A stretch of DNA of 64,000 nucleotides from Octopus sinensis (taxonomy: Eukaryota): the NCBI RefSeq assembly GCF_006345805.1, contig NC_043014.1, forward strand, positions 7,998,001-8,062,000, written 5' to 3'. This document shows positions 41,973-55,294 of this stretch, one piece after another; the first letter of the stretch is position 1, and every line of letters begins with the position of its first letter. The translations under genes were made by a program, and so were the position numbers. The notes beneath the pieces were generated by a model that saw only the letters and a list, made by a program, of their open reading frames with translations, was not told the origin of the DNA and did no database searches.

Positions 41973-42134
41973 TTACACATATTGGCTTGCATCGCGAAGT
42001 CTGGGCATTCATTGTTAATTATATACAAAGATATCGAAAATGATATGAATGGGTAATAACTATATAAATTTATTTCGTTTTTGTATTTGGTTTGCAAGAT
42101 TCTTTATGTGAGTTCGTGTGTTGAAACATATTCT

Positions 42135-43147
42135 GTTGTGTCTGGGGAGAGTCATTTTCTTTTTGTGCCTTATAATTTAACACACTCACCAGAAAAATTT
42201 CCACATATTTCTTATTTCTTTATTTTCCACCTATTTCTTATTTTTATTTTCCTAAAATTTTCGTTGCGTCTTGCAACCTTTTCTTGACTCTGTCCGTTAT
42301 TTACACCGCGTTCTTTTTTGTTTGTTTGTGAGCAGGTGTGGGGGTCAGAGAGTGTGTGTGTGTGTGGTGCCTATGCATGTATGTACGCATGTATGTGTGT
42401 ATGTATGTATGCATGTGTATGTATATATATGTGTGTGTGCATCTGTATGTATGTATCCTGTATATCCATTTGCTTACATGTCCGTGTTTGTGTATTTTCT
42501 ATGTATGCGTGTGCTTGTATATGTATGCACCTATGTCTGCTTGTGTGTGCATGTCTGTGTGTGAGTGTGTGTGTTATGCAACTATGTACCATGTTTGTAT
42601 GCATGGATGGATGTGTATCTCTATACGGGTGGATTCGTGTCTCCATATGTGTCCTTGTGTGGAGTAAAGTGTGTGTGTGTGTATATATGATCATGTGTGC
42701 CAGTCTCCATTTGCGTATGTGTGCTTGTCTTGTATATGTATGCACAGAGGTGCATACATGTACAAACACACGCTCTCACACACACATACATAGAAAATAC
42801 ACAAATACGGACATGAAGGCACATGATTATGCAGGATACACACAGTCATACAGATGCGCACACATATATACATATATACATACATACACATGCATACATA
42901 CATACATACATATACACATACATACGTACATGCATGCATAGGCACTCACACACACATTGACTCATACACATGCGCACAAACAAAAAGGAACGCAGTGTAA
43001 ATAACGGACAGAGTCAAGACTATTGAAAAGGTTGCAAGACGCAACGAACATTTTAGGAAAATAAAAATAAGAAATAAGTGGAAATTTTACCAGTGAGTGA
43101 GTTACATTATAAGGCACGAAAAGAAAATGAATCTCCCCAGACACAAC
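42135..43147. repeat. Large imperfect inverted repeat with a microsatellite-like interior
   Basis: tgttgtgtctggggaga.tcattttct...ttgactctgtccgttatttacac is mirrored at 42985-43147. Confidence 0.75.
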
Positions 43148-43225
43148 AGTATATAAATCTAATACACACGAAACTCTTGAATTTTTTCCTGCTTTTCATT
43201 TGAATAATTATTCTCAATTTTTCAG

Positions 43226-43374
43226 TTCACCCGACTGCCCTTTTGCCCCTGCGCCAACATGTCACTCAACAGTTACCTACTATCAAGAAAATGGACAATG
43301 TAATAATATAGACAATGGGTTCGCAGGCAGCGCAAACTCGAGCTACGAACGGTTTCTGATGGCCATGAAGCCCG
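43226..43374 (+). CDS. Peroxidase-like gene exon 4
   Basis: C..C...YYQENGQCNNI.N.FAGSANSSYERFL matches the YRTxDGxCNN..WG...F.RLLP motif. ag|...|gtacgt, 149 nt. Confidence 0.9.
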
Positions 43375-43436
43375 GTACGTAAGATAATGGTTTCTATTGT
43401 ATTTATAAACATCCATAGTACATAAATACATACCTA

Positions 43437-43515
<79 letters not shown>

Positions 43516-43520
<5 letters not shown>

Positions 43521-43729
43521 GAAATGAAGAAAATGCTGACAAAATAATTTAAGTAATTTAAGTAATTTAATTAGGTGAAAGCCCTTTTTACCGGTTGCGC
43601 ATTTGTTATGCTTATCAAAAGATATATTGATAAGCATAACAAATGCGCAACCGGTAAAAAGGGCTTTCACCTAATTAAATTACTTAAATTACTTAAATTA
43701 TTTTGTCAGCATTTTCTTCATTTCCTTTT
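43516..43729. repeat. Perfect palindrome with about 103-bp arms and an 8-nt loop, in TA runs
   Basis: aaaaggaaatgaagaaaatgctg...cttatcaa|aagatata|ttgataag...cagcattttcttcatttcctttt. Confidence 0.92.
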
Positions 43730-43765
43730 TTATATATCACAACTCGTGTTCCACATCTCCTTTTT

Positions 43766-43819
<54 letters not shown>

Positions 43820-43829
<10 letters not shown>

Positions 43830-44208
43830 TCAAGTTGTGCGTCTGTCTCCTACGATTTAGATTCCTAGCTACTCCCACATTTTGCGGTGCAGTGTAACCA
43901 AAAGCGGGTATCTTATAGTCGTGATTCATATCGAGCCCTTCTGGGTATTAGCGCGTGTCTACGATGAGTCTACGATTTTAAAAATAATTTACCATCATTT
44001 TTTCCATTTTAATGCATTTTTTCGCTATTATATAAGGGAAGTAACTCTCTAAAAATGTCTACGATGAGTCAACGATTTAAAAAAAATTTACCATCTTTTT
44101 TTCCATTTTTAATGCATTTTTTTTGCTATTTTTTGGCTATAACTCTCTAAAAATGCTTATATAGTTATTTCCCTTACAAACCCGAGCAACTCCGGGCGAT
44201 AATGCTAG
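43820..44208 (+). mobile_element. Non-autonomous Helitron-like element
   Basis: 3' cccgagcaactccgggcgataatgCTAG|t, internal tandem duplication, inverted relative at 53582-53886. Confidence 0.65.
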
Positions 44209-45131
44209 TATATATATATATATATATATGGCTGTATATATTTATGCGTTTGTATCTCTGTCCCCCGCCCCTATCACTTGACAAACGATGTTGGTTTGTT
44301 ATATTCACATAACTTAGCGGCTCGGCCTATGGAACCGATAGAATAAGTATTCGGCAAACAAACACTAAGTTCTGGAGAAAGTTTATCCGTTTTTACCAGT
44401 ATGAAGGTGAAGCGAGTTATGTCGGTATTTGGTGGGGGGGGGAAGGTGATGGGAATGCAGCAGGGAATGATAGTTGTATGTGTGGTGGTGTTGGACTTAC
44501 GTTTTTTTTTATTCATTTTGCAAATGTTAAGGATGGATTGTTCCTTCCTTTGTTTGATTTCATTCACGGCCTGAATATCTTCAATAAATTCTGAAGTCAA
44601 CAGATCATCGGGTACTGTTGGTGTTTTTTGACTAAATTGATGAGTGATACATCAATTAACATACCCTGACAACTATAATCGCCGTACCGGATGAGCTGTT
44701 GACTTCAGGAGGGAATGTCTTGCTCAAGAGCACAACGCGCCATGCAGTCGAACAATGACGTCTGTCATTTCTACTACCAGCGTATGTCCTGAAATTTAGG
44801 AGGAGGAAGATACTCGATAACATCGATCTCCGTTCTCCTCTGTTACTTACTTTATCGACCCTGAAGGATGAAAAGCAAAGTCTTCCTCGGTGGTATCTGA
44901 ACTCAGAATGCATTTTCAAATTTTGGCGCAAAACTAGCAATTTCGATTGCATCAACCGCCGGTGCTCAACTGGTAATTATTTCAATAACCCCGAAAGGAT
45001 GAAAAGAAGAGTCGACTTCGGTGCAATTTGAACGTAAAGAATGACGAACTACTGCTAAGCATTTTCTCTAACGTGCTAATGCTTCTGCTAGCTCACCACC
45101 TTAATGTTAATAACAACAACAATTATTATTA

Positions 45132-45162
<31 letters not shown>

Positions 45163-45164
45163 CA

Positions 45165-45558
45165 TTTGAAATTTTTGCCACAAGGGCAGCTTGGGAGAAG
45201 TGGGGAAGAGTCGATTACATCGACCCCAGTGCGTAACTGGTACTTAATTTATCGACCCCGAAAGGATGAAAGGCAAAGTCGACTTCGGTGGAATTTGAAC
45301 TCACAACGTAACGGCAGACGAAATACCTATTTCTTTATTACCCACAAGGGGCCAAACATAGAGGGGACAAACAAGGACAGACATAGGTATTAAGTCGAAT
45401 ACATCGACCCCAGTGCGTAACTGGTACTTAATTTATCGACCCCGAAATGATGAAAGGCAAAGTCGACCTCGGCGGAATTTGAACTCACAACGTAACGGCA
45501 GACGAAATACCGCTAAGCATTTCGCCAGACGCGCTAACGATTTTGCCAGCTCGCCGCC
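45165..45558 (-). mobile_element. SINE family A dimer
   Basis: Same gacgaaatacctatttc junction at about 45320. Confidence 0.85.
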
Positions 45559-45670
45559 ATAATAATAATGATACTGATGATAATAATTAGAAAAACCTGA
45601 ACACAATGAAAGACATGGATATTTACTTTTGTCTATTTTGATAAATTTATTGTATATCACTTCCTTTTAG

Positions 45671-45850
45671 GTGGAGACGGGGCCATTCCATACAAGAATT
45701 ATTTCGGAAACATACTACCTTCTCCTAGGGAAGTAAGCAAAACCATTTTCCCTTGTGACAGTGACAATGTATCGCAGAGAACAAACCTTTTTACAATTTT
45801 CGGAACACTCCTTAAGTTTGATATGTTTCAAACTAGCCGAGAAAGTACAG
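45671..45850 (+). CDS. Peroxidase-like gene exon 5 (distal haem region)
   Basis: LPSPREVS motif. FTIFGTLLKFDMF aligns with FMQWGQxLDHDL. 180 nt, phase 1/1. Not in the ORF track. Confidence 0.9.
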
Positions 45851-45976
45851 GTAAACATCACAAAATATCATCCTTTCTTTTTTTTTAACTTCTTTCTTCC
45901 CAATTTCTTTCTCTGTTTGTCTGCTTCCTTCCTTACTTCCTTTCTTCAAATCGCTATAACCAACTTGCCCCTTTCT

Positions 45977-46012
<36 letters not shown>

Positions 46013-46068
46013 TCTCTCACTCACTCTCTTTGCACACACACGCATGCACACATACATAAATAAATATA

Positions 46069-46117
<49 letters not shown>

Positions 46118-46174
46118 AAATAACTATGAATACATACATATATATATAATATATACATATATATATATATATAC

Positions 46175-46219
<45 letters not shown>

Positions 46220-46488
46220 TATATATACCAAATAAACTGAATACATACATATATATATATATATATACTATATAATATATATATTATATATATAATATAT
46301 ATATATAATATATATATATATATAATATTATATATATATATAATTGCAGAGTGGACGTGTTTATAAGCTCTTTAAGACACACAAAACCGTTAGATATTAG
46401 ATTCACTTCAACATTTAAATTTACTTTGTGTCAAGATGCTTACGTCGCTTTTAACCTGCGACTTGTTTACAGACAAAACTTCGTACTG

Positions 46489-46519
<31 letters not shown>

Positions 46520-46589
46520 CTATATATATATATATATATATATTATACATATACATACATACATACTACATATACTATGTATATATATA

Positions 46590-46871
46590 TCACCGTGACC
46601 GACCAGGCTATCAGATGTAGTTACACATCGCTGGTCACAATGCGCTTCGCATTGTTTTAGCCTTCAAATGACGCCACCCCGCTGGCTAAGCGACCACGCC
46701 AACAGAAGAAAGAGTGAGAGAAAGTTGTGGCAAAAGAGTACAGCAGGGAGCACCGTGGAGCTTTTAGGTGTTTTCGCTCAATAAGCACTCACAACACCCG
46801 GTCTGGGAATCGAAACCGCGATCCTACTACCGCGAGTCCGCTACCCTAACCACTGGGTCATTGCGCCTCCA
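46590..46871 (-). mobile_element. tRNA-derived SINE family D (head gtggaggcgcaatg.cccagtggttaggg)
   Basis: A/B boxes. Second copy at 49745-50116. Confidence 0.75.
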
Positions 46872-46925
46872 CACACACACACACACACACACATGCATAC
46901 ATACATACATACATACATACATACA

Positions 46926-46961
<36 letters not shown>

Positions 46962-46962
46962 T

Positions 46963-46996
<34 letters not shown>

Positions 46997-48039
46997 GCAC
47001 ACACATATATATTTCTATTTATATACGTGTATGCATGTACTCTTGTATTGATCAATGCTGATGTAATTATTAATCAGTAATTTCTACCAGTACTATCAGT
47101 AATAGCTTTCCTGACAAATAAATATTATTTTCATATTAACATAGTATGATAATTACTATTTTCATGTAAATAGTTAGTGACTTGTTCTTTGCCTTGAATC
47201 ATTAGTCAAGCCAATGAAATTAATATTCGTTTCTCTGGAAATTTCCTATCTACGAAAGTGTCTCATAGAATAATTTGATGAAGAAATATTGAGTGTAAAC
47301 CAGATGGGTCTATACTTTTACTATGAGGTTTATAGTTGAGGAAAATTACTCAAACGTTTAACGAAGCTACACTTCAATGAAATCAGTTTGTTTTAAAGCA
47401 TATAATGTTTATTTTCTGATGGCAGTGTGCAAAATGAGAGCTTCTTTTCATGTTTTTGACATATTTGCACAATGTCTCATAATACACACACATGCACATA
47501 TAATGTATCTGTACTATGCACAAAGGAAATAGATGTAAAATGCAATTTCTCTTCACTTATACCTCTGTTCATATTCAGAAAGCCATAGAAATCACAATTT
47601 CCCTTCTACACCTGCTCGAAAAAAGTGTTAGATCAGTTTTCATAAAACAATATTTTAGAGATAGATGGTTGTACACAGCAAAGAGAGGGATATACTTCCA
47701 TTAAACCTATACTACGACCCAGTATCAATTATTAGTCGTTGATATTCACTTACATGACTAATGCACTTGAAAAAGGTGTGAACTCAACGTTAATTTATTG
47801 TCTTCCCGTATACATCTGAAACATATTGTAATTATCTAATATTTATTTATCAAATGATTCTAGGACCAGTCTGTTGTGTTTAACAAAGCAAACTGATATT
47901 CTAGAACATTCCTTAAAATAGTATTCCGCTCCAGAATACTTCACGTATTTTTAACATTCTTCTATCTTGTCATAAACAAATTATGGGTAACTCTCGCTTT
48001 ATAATTGGTGAGATCCTAGTATTTCTCACTTGCTTGTCA

Positions 48040-48067
48040 TCTCTCTATATATAAACGGCAAAATGTC

Positions 48068-48125
<58 letters not shown>

Positions 48126-48452
48126 GTCCTTTATACAAATCCACAATTTTTCAGTTAGAGGGCTCGCACTTTCTATGGTCATTTAAAACCATCCAAGGGT
48201 GGTCGTGCACATCTTTACATTTCCCCAGTCACCCCGCAAAGCCATTAAAAAATCAATACCAGTGACTTTTTTGTGAATTTTCTATCCAAAACCCAATCAA
48301 AATGCCCGAAACTTGATACGCCAATTGAATGCCAGCTAGCTGTATGTGATTGGTCGGAGATTTGGACAGTACTCGCGTGTATGTGCGCACGCACGTAGCT
48401 GTATATGCATGCACTAGCACTATGACCCGGTGTTGACGAGCCATAGTGCTAG
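48040..48452 (+). mobile_element. Non-autonomous Helitron
   Basis: A|TC 5' end, CTAG|T 3' end, terminal hairpin ctagcactatg...catagtgctag, no TSD. Confidence 0.78.
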
Positions 48453-49327
48453 TTCTCTTATAAAATGATACTGCATCTTATTCCCCTTGATTCTAGTACA
48501 TTGAGAGCAGTTTGAAAACCTTGTAGGCAATCCTCATCCGACTTTACATGTTGCAATCAATTTGCTATTTTATTCATCACATTCACTTTATGAATATGAC
48601 ATATGAAATAAGTTTTATAGCCTAATAATATTGCGTTTCTATTCTTACCATAGATTAAGTATAAGAAATAATAGAATTGGGCGTTTCTGTCACTCATTTT
48701 AAAGCTTTTCCTAATATTTCAATAATAGAAAGAAACAGCTGAAACGTCGGATGGTTAAGTGAATATGCTTCCAAACAACTGATAAGCTGATGATTTGTGT
48801 CACCAATTTACTATGCGATAGCGATGGTTGTGAGATGATTTAAAATGAGAAAGGCCCAGTTCATCAATTTCAAATTACTAAACACAGGGAAGAAACATTA
48901 AACGCTGTAATCTATAGTAGCACTTGAACATTATAAACTAGGTCATTACATTTTAGTACGATTTAAGCTCTTTCCTTTTTTCCTAGAAATAATAATAATA
49001 AACGTAAAGTATAATAGCCATCTCAATATGGCTAACCACAAAGGGTGGGTGTTACTGTAGCTTTTAGCCCCAGGAGATCATCGTCTCCAGTTGGCTTTAG
49101 GCACACACTATCTGTGCCCTTATGGTATTTGCAAAGGGAGGTCATCCCTCTCTCGTAAGCCTAAGTGATACGCAGTTTCGAGGTAGTTGCCTCTTGTCAA
49201 CGGGCGGTAATCACCGGTTTACGATGAAAAGGAAGACCTGTACACAAATACTTAAGTGATTTTCTAATAATAAAACTATTGCAAAACTAATTTTAAAGTG
49301 TTTATAATTTTTTCTCTTCTTTTTCAG

Positions 49328-49346
49328 ATGCTCAATGCTGCGAAAG
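49328..49346 (+). CDS. Peroxidase-like gene exon 6 (19-nt micro-exon, DAQCCE)
   Basis: Long pyrimidine tract, then cag|ATGCTCAATGCTGCGAAAG|gtaatt. Supplies the required phase 1 to 2 change and the CC typical of invertebrate peroxidases. Confidence 0.8.
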
Positions 49347-49576
49347 GTAATTAACATAGTTTTTTTTTCTTTTTCATAATTAGTAATCAATTGTGTAGAA
49401 TAAGATCAAATAAAATAGATTTCGTTCTAACAATTCAAAACCGCAAAGTGTGCACCTTAATCATCAGTCTTTTCATACTCAAAATACCCACTTACTTACC
49501 TACATACATAATATATACATATTACACACACATATGGGTACACACCGACCCAAACCCACACATACAGACACACACA

Positions 49577-49637
<61 letters not shown>

Positions 49638-49744
49638 CGTGTATATATATATGCGTGTATGTGTGCGTGTGGGTGTGTATACACACACATTTGTGTCTGT
49701 GTGTGTTTATATTTGCATACTCTTTTATTCTTTTACTTGTTTCA

Positions 49745-50116
49745 GTCAGTTACGACGACGAGAATTCCGGTTGATTCGAATCAACGGAACAGCCTGCTCG
49801 TGAAATTAACGTGTAAGTGGCTGAGCACTCCACAGACACGTGTACCCTTAACGTAGTTCTCGGGGATATTCAGCGTGACACAGAGAGTGACAAGGCCGGC
49901 CCTTTGAAATACAGGTACAACAGAAACAGGAAGTAAGAGTGAGAGAAAGTTGTGGTGAAAGAGTACAGCAGGGATCACCACCATCCCCTGCCGGAGACTC
50001 GTGGAGCTTTAGGTGTTTTCGCTCAATAAACACTCACAACGCCCGGTCTGGGAATCGAAACCACGATCCTATGACCGCGAGTCCGCTGCCCTAACCACTG
50101 GGCCATTGCGCCTCCA
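49745..50116 (-). mobile_element. SINE family D
   Basis: Head gtggaggcgcaatggcccagtggttagggcagcggac. Confidence 0.8.
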
Positions 50117-50489
50117 CGTGTACTACATCTGTACGAAGTGAAAATATAATCATATACATCTGCCAGTCAATAAATACTAAAAGAACAACAGAGATTTTTT
50201 GGTTTTGGTTCAAATATTGGCTTTGTGTAACATAGCATGAACCTTATATTTATTGTTGAGCAGAGGAAATCCGACATGACAACGTCTGTACATTTCTTAA
50301 AAGCATAGCGACGTAACTGAAGTGTAAGTTTACAGTTAGGAATCGAAGTCACGAAGTAGATTTGGTACACTAGTTGCTTACATTTTATTGAATATCTTGT
50401 TATACAGTTTTTACTGTTTTATCTTTCCATATTTATTTCTTTTCTATTTGTGTCAATAAAAACACTTTTTTATAGAAGTACATTCGTTT

Positions 50490-51095
50490 TGTTCAATATG
50501 GTTAATTGCCGGTCATTCGGAATGCTCACAGCAGCCATATTCCTACCGCTTTATTTCACCCTGGTGAGACCCATATTGGAGTACGGGATTCAAGCCTCTT
50601 CTCCTTATCTCCTCAAAGACATACATCATCTCGAAAGAGTCCAGAAGCTGGCTGGCTACCCGCATGGTACTTGGTCTCAAGCATTTGTCTTATGAAGAAA
50701 GGCTGAAGACGCTCGACCTTTATTCTCTAGGAAAACGACGACGCCGTGGTGATCTCATTCTTGCTCACAACATCATAAGCGGAAAGTGTAACCTCTCGAA
50801 AGAGCTGTTCTTCACTCCTGCTCCAGAACGTCGACAGCGGGGTCACTCTGAAAAGCTCTATCTGCGACGATTTCATCTCAATCGAAGGAGAGGGGATTTC
50901 TCCGTCCGGGTTGCGGATCCGTGGAATAAGCTGCCGGACGAGATAGTGAAGATGCCGACGACCGCTCGGTTCAAAGTCTCCCTTGACCACAAATGGTCTG
51001 AACTCTTTGCATGAACACCACCCTGTACATAACACCATGTCCCCCTACATGGCCTTTGCATTTTGCTTTTTGAGCCAAAAAATTAACTTACTTAC
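50490..51095 (+). mobile_element. CR1-type LINE 3' end
   Basis: LVRPILEYG, LERVQK, LSYEERLK.LDLYSL..RRRRGDLI, RGHSEKL, WNKLP, short tandem tail. Confidence 0.88.
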
Positions 51096-51166
51096 ATTAG
51101 ACTGATCAAAAGCATGACTTACTCTCAGGTTTTAAAAGTAAATGCAACTAGACTTTCAGATCGAGG

Positions 51167-51604
51167 GGATCTTTTCGGTTTGAACGGCAGTTTTTCTAGC
51201 GGTGTCATATGAAATTGTCACCCATAATTATGACCCTATAATCGATCTATTGCATTTCAATCTCTTTTAGGGTTGGAGTTAGTTAGGGTTAGGGTTAGAG
51301 TTAGGGGAGGGGGAAGGGTATCTTTTTTTCTTCACAAATATAAATAAACCCTATCTGTTTCTTAAACGAGGGACATATTCATACGGCACAGAATGCTTTT
51401 TAACTCAGTAGACGTCACTGATTGGTTGAAATTGCAGAAATTGAAGAAAACAAAACAACAAATATCTTACAAACTATAGAATTTTCTCAATAAAGCCAAG
51501 AGAAAAAGATGTTTTATAAACACATTCTACCAGTATACGAAGTTTAAAACTTTTTAGTTACCTAGAAATTATGTTAAAAACTGCCGTTCAAACCGAAAAG
51601 ATCC
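51167..51604. mobile_element. MITE with 29-bp TIRs and an 8-bp TSD (Merlin-like by its termini)
   Basis: TIR GGATCTTTTCGGTTTGAACGGCAGTTTTT. TSD GATCGAGG at 51159-51166 and 51605-51612. Internal TTAGGG-like run. Confidence 0.88.
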
Positions 51605-51704
51605 GATCGAGGTTCTGACCTAGCAATGTCCAAAACACATACCGCTCAAAAAATTAGTCTTAAATATTTCGAATTTTTTATAACGTTTTCTTTGAATATT
51701 TCAG

Positions 51705-51814
51705 CTGTCTAGGTATTGTTGTCAATGCGACAACTGATCCACGTATTACCAATGGCTGCAATAACTGTATGTCATACAAAAAGCCAATTCTACAATATGA
51801 TGTCAACTGCACGG
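51705..51814 (+). CDS. Peroxidase-like gene exon 7
   Basis: CLGIVV...DPRI....CMSYKKP aligns with CFPI.IP..DP....CM.F.RS. 110 nt, phase 2 to 1. Confidence 0.85.
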
Positions 51815-52309
51815 GTAATAATTTAAAAGCTTCCTTTCCTTTATTTATAAAAATTATTTCAAGTGTAATAACAAAGATAGCTGAGCATTGAATTAAATTC
51901 ATTAAAAATTACCATAGAAAACTTTGCTATGCGGTCATACGTGGGCTCATGCAAAGGTGTAGTTCTTCTGGAATAGATAAATTAGTACAAATCTTTCTAC
52001 CTGAATGCGATAACAGTTGTTCAAAATTAACCAGAATCCTGTTATCTATCGGTTTGCAAAGTTGATATTCTTTTGATAAATGACCCCGACTATAAATGCA
52101 TATGGTTTGTTTTGTGCTGGAAACAGTGCTTTGACCATCCAAGTAACCAAGTCGTTCTTTAGAAATTTAACCTCATTATAAACGTCACAATATTTTTAAT
52201 TTCTATCGATAACTGTCAAAAGCTTACTCTTTCATTATACGGAAATAATTTCGTAATGATATTTTATTGTCACATTTTCTTATTTTTCCATCGTTTCTTA
52301 TCTTTTAAG

Positions 52310-52402
52310 GCGGTAAGATTCAAGGCAATAACGACGTCACTCACGTAATTGATGCCTCTTTTATGTATTCTACACCTGATTATAGCGGCACTTTAAGTAA
52401 CG
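52310..52402 (+). CDS. Peroxidase-like gene exon 8 (Ca2+-binding loop)
   Basis: QGNNDVTHVIDASFMYS aligns with EQIN.LTSFVDAS.VYGS. 93 nt, phase 1/1. Confidence 0.9.
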
Positions 52403-52466
52403 GTAAGTAACAGCACTTTCCATTGATTACAAAGGCCCATGTAAATAAATCGATATATCTGTCTAA

Positions 52467-52687
52467 GGCGGCGAGCTGGCAGGATCGTTAGCACGCCGGG
52501 CAAAATGCTTAGCAGTATTTCGTCTGCCGCTACGTTCTGAGTTCAAATTCCGCCGAGGTCAACTTTGCCTTTCATCCTTTCGGGATCGATTAAATAAGTA
52601 CCAGTTATGCACTGGGGTCGATGTAATCAACTTAATCCGTTTGTCTGTCCCCTCTATGTTTAGCCCCTTGTGGGTAATAAAGAAACA
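52467..52687 (+). mobile_element. SINE family A with a 14-bp TSD
   Basis: TSD gatatatctgtcta on both sides. Confidence 0.88.
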
Positions 52688-52993
52688 GATATATCTGTCT
52701 ATCTAGATATCTATCTGTCTACCTATCTGTCTTTCTACCTATCTATCTTTCTATCTATCTATAAATTTCTGATTACCAAGTGTATATGTACACGAGATAT
52801 CAATGGAGATAGGTGTGATTGCTGTAATAGCAATAAAACAGACGGTCATTTCATAAGCTTGTACTACTGATTTGAAGTTTTCCACATAAATATACTCAAG
52901 GGTGACTGGATCCAAGACTTCTTCAGTTTAAATACGCACTCTGGAAATAATATATGAAAGGTGTTCACTTACTTTTCTACTTTCAAATTTCAG

Positions 52994-53050
52994 GCAAGTT
53001 TGACTTGACTGGAGGATTTCTTTCAAAAACAGACGACAAATTTTCAGGAG
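52994..53050 (+). CDS. Peroxidase-like gene exon 9
   Basis: tttcag|GKFDLTGGFLSKTDDKFSG|gtaggt, 57 nt, phase 1/1. Occupies the G.L...LLP...CF.AG region. Confidence 0.75.
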
Positions 53051-53581
53051 GTAGGTTATTCATTATTAGATTATTGTCATTGTTAAGTCTATATATGCGT
53101 ATGTGTGGGTGTGTGCGTGGGTGTGCGTGTATGTATGTGTGGATGGATGTATGTATGCATGTATGTATCTTTTATCTTTTACTTGTTTCAGGCATTAAAC
53201 TGAAACAAGTAAAAGAGCAGCGTCTGGGAGGATTTTAGTCCAGCCGATTGAGCCTGGTGTTTTTTTTTTTTTTTGTGGTACGCATTCTATCGGGCTCCTT
53301 TGCGAAACAGCTAGGTTACAGAGATGCAAACACACCAACGCTGGATGTGAAGCGATGGAGGGAGATAAACATGCAGGGACACACACATATAAAGGCATGC
53401 ACACATACACACACATACATATATGCGGTCTGATCAATAAGCATCCGAACTTTTGCTAAAGCATTCAGAGTGAAGTCGCTTGGCAAAGATTGACCTTGAT
53501 CTCTGTTCATTTTGAATATTTATCTGATGTTACTGTAGCGCATGGGTTACTCTAACGTTTTCAAAGTATCTTTATACGATA

Positions 53582-53886
53582 CCAGCAGTATCGCCCGGTG
53601 TTGCTCGAGTTTGTAAGGGAAATAACTATATAAGAATTTTTAGAGAGTTACTTCCCTTATATAACCCGAGCAAAAATCATTAAAAATGCGGAAAAATGAT
53701 GGTAATTTTTTTTAAATCGTAGACTCATCCTAGACGCGCGCTAATACCCAGAAGGGCTCGATATGAATGACGACTATAAGATACCTGCTTTTGGTTAAAC
53801 TCCATCGCAAAATGTGGGAGTAGTTAGGAATCTAAATCGGAGGAGACAGAGTCTCACACACACAACTTCAATTTTATATATAAAGA
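53582..53886 (-). mobile_element. Non-autonomous Helitron-like element
   Basis: Reverse-complement relative of 43820-44208, with 5' TC at 53886. Confidence 0.65.
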
Positions 53887-55294
53887 TATTTTCAACAATA
53901 TCTAGGATACCTTGTTATGTTCTATACTTGTTTCGTAGAATAAGCGAGATAGAGAGACAATTGATGCAAGCATATGGGGTTTGGAAAGTAGACTTTCTAC
54001 GTTCAGTTGTTAAATATAAACCCTTCTTTTGGTTAAACGCTATTCCTATACCAGTAGGAAACATGTTTATATGCTGCTGTTTTCAGCATCGTAAAAGTTT
54101 CAGGCATAGATTTTTAGATCTTTCACAGAGAAGTTACGAATCAGATCAATGTCTATTACTGCTTTAACACTACTATATAGCCTTTGGCTTTTCATAACAA
54201 AAATGGTATCGTGGATTTAGCGCCAAGAAAATAAATAGATGCACATACGGTTGCCTTGAAATATTCTCATTGAAATATTTATAACATCACACGCAACCAT
54301 TTCAGTTTCATTTACAAGAGTGAGGAATGTGGACAAAGTCTTCGTGAAACTTTCTGTGGCAGTATCTAAGACAGCAGATATTTTTGCAATCTATAGCCAT
54401 GACTGGATAAAACGCTTTTCTATAATGAAGCCACAGTTGTTCTGCGATGTTTTCTACTCCAAATATTAAAGCTTTTTTCACCAAAAGTTGTTTGGTGCAT
54501 CCTAATACACACTTCTTTTCATCATTATGTTCGTCTACTGATTTCCTGATTTTGGTGATGATCATGAAGATAGCTTGTTCGCAGTTTGCACACAATATAA
54601 GACAGGCTAGGAGCCTATTCTTCTACGTAAAACAGTGATTTCGTTCTTTATTCATTTATATTGTTTGTCTTTAAATGAGACGACACCAAGTGGCGTCTCG
54701 AAAGTGGGATTCAGTTCCAATTTATAGCCAATTTTCTTTGATTAACTTGTTAATGCTCTTGTTAATGGTATGTTTATACCATCTCTTATCAATTATCTAT
54801 TCTTTACTAAATCAATGAATTAGAACACTGTTGGTTCTGAAAGCTACACGAAGCACAATATAGTGCAAGTCATTGCAGTGGTCCCTGAAGACATAAATTG
54901 TTATGTATAGCCCAGTTTCGATTTTTCATTGTAGACATTACTTTTTTTTTGGCAATTAATACTCATCAAAATCACTATTTGTCCACAAAATTTCGACAAC
55001 TCACTATAGAACTTAATAAAAGTAGAAATAAACGTGTTTATATTCTAAATGGAACGAGAGTTATGAAGGTCAAGACAACGCTTGTTCCCTTATATTCTAC
55101 TTTCGTTCAATTACTTTCAGAACTGAATTCAAAATTTGTTAGACGAACACTTATGCATTTCACTCGTCTGTGACTGAATAAATGATGGTAATTAATATTC
55201 TAAATTTGACGTAGTAGGTTTTACTCATGCATATCGGTTCATTAAGAAAATTGATGTTGTGTTTAATAAAACATATCTCTCCTATATCTTGTAG

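Noticed and set aside
51268-51306. Telomere or chromosome-fusion relic
   Set aside because: Only a few degenerate TTAGGG units, and they are internal to a MITE.
54308-54595. Cys/His-rich minus-strand ORF in intron 9
   Set aside because: No zinc-finger spacing or known motif. Likely chance or TE decay.
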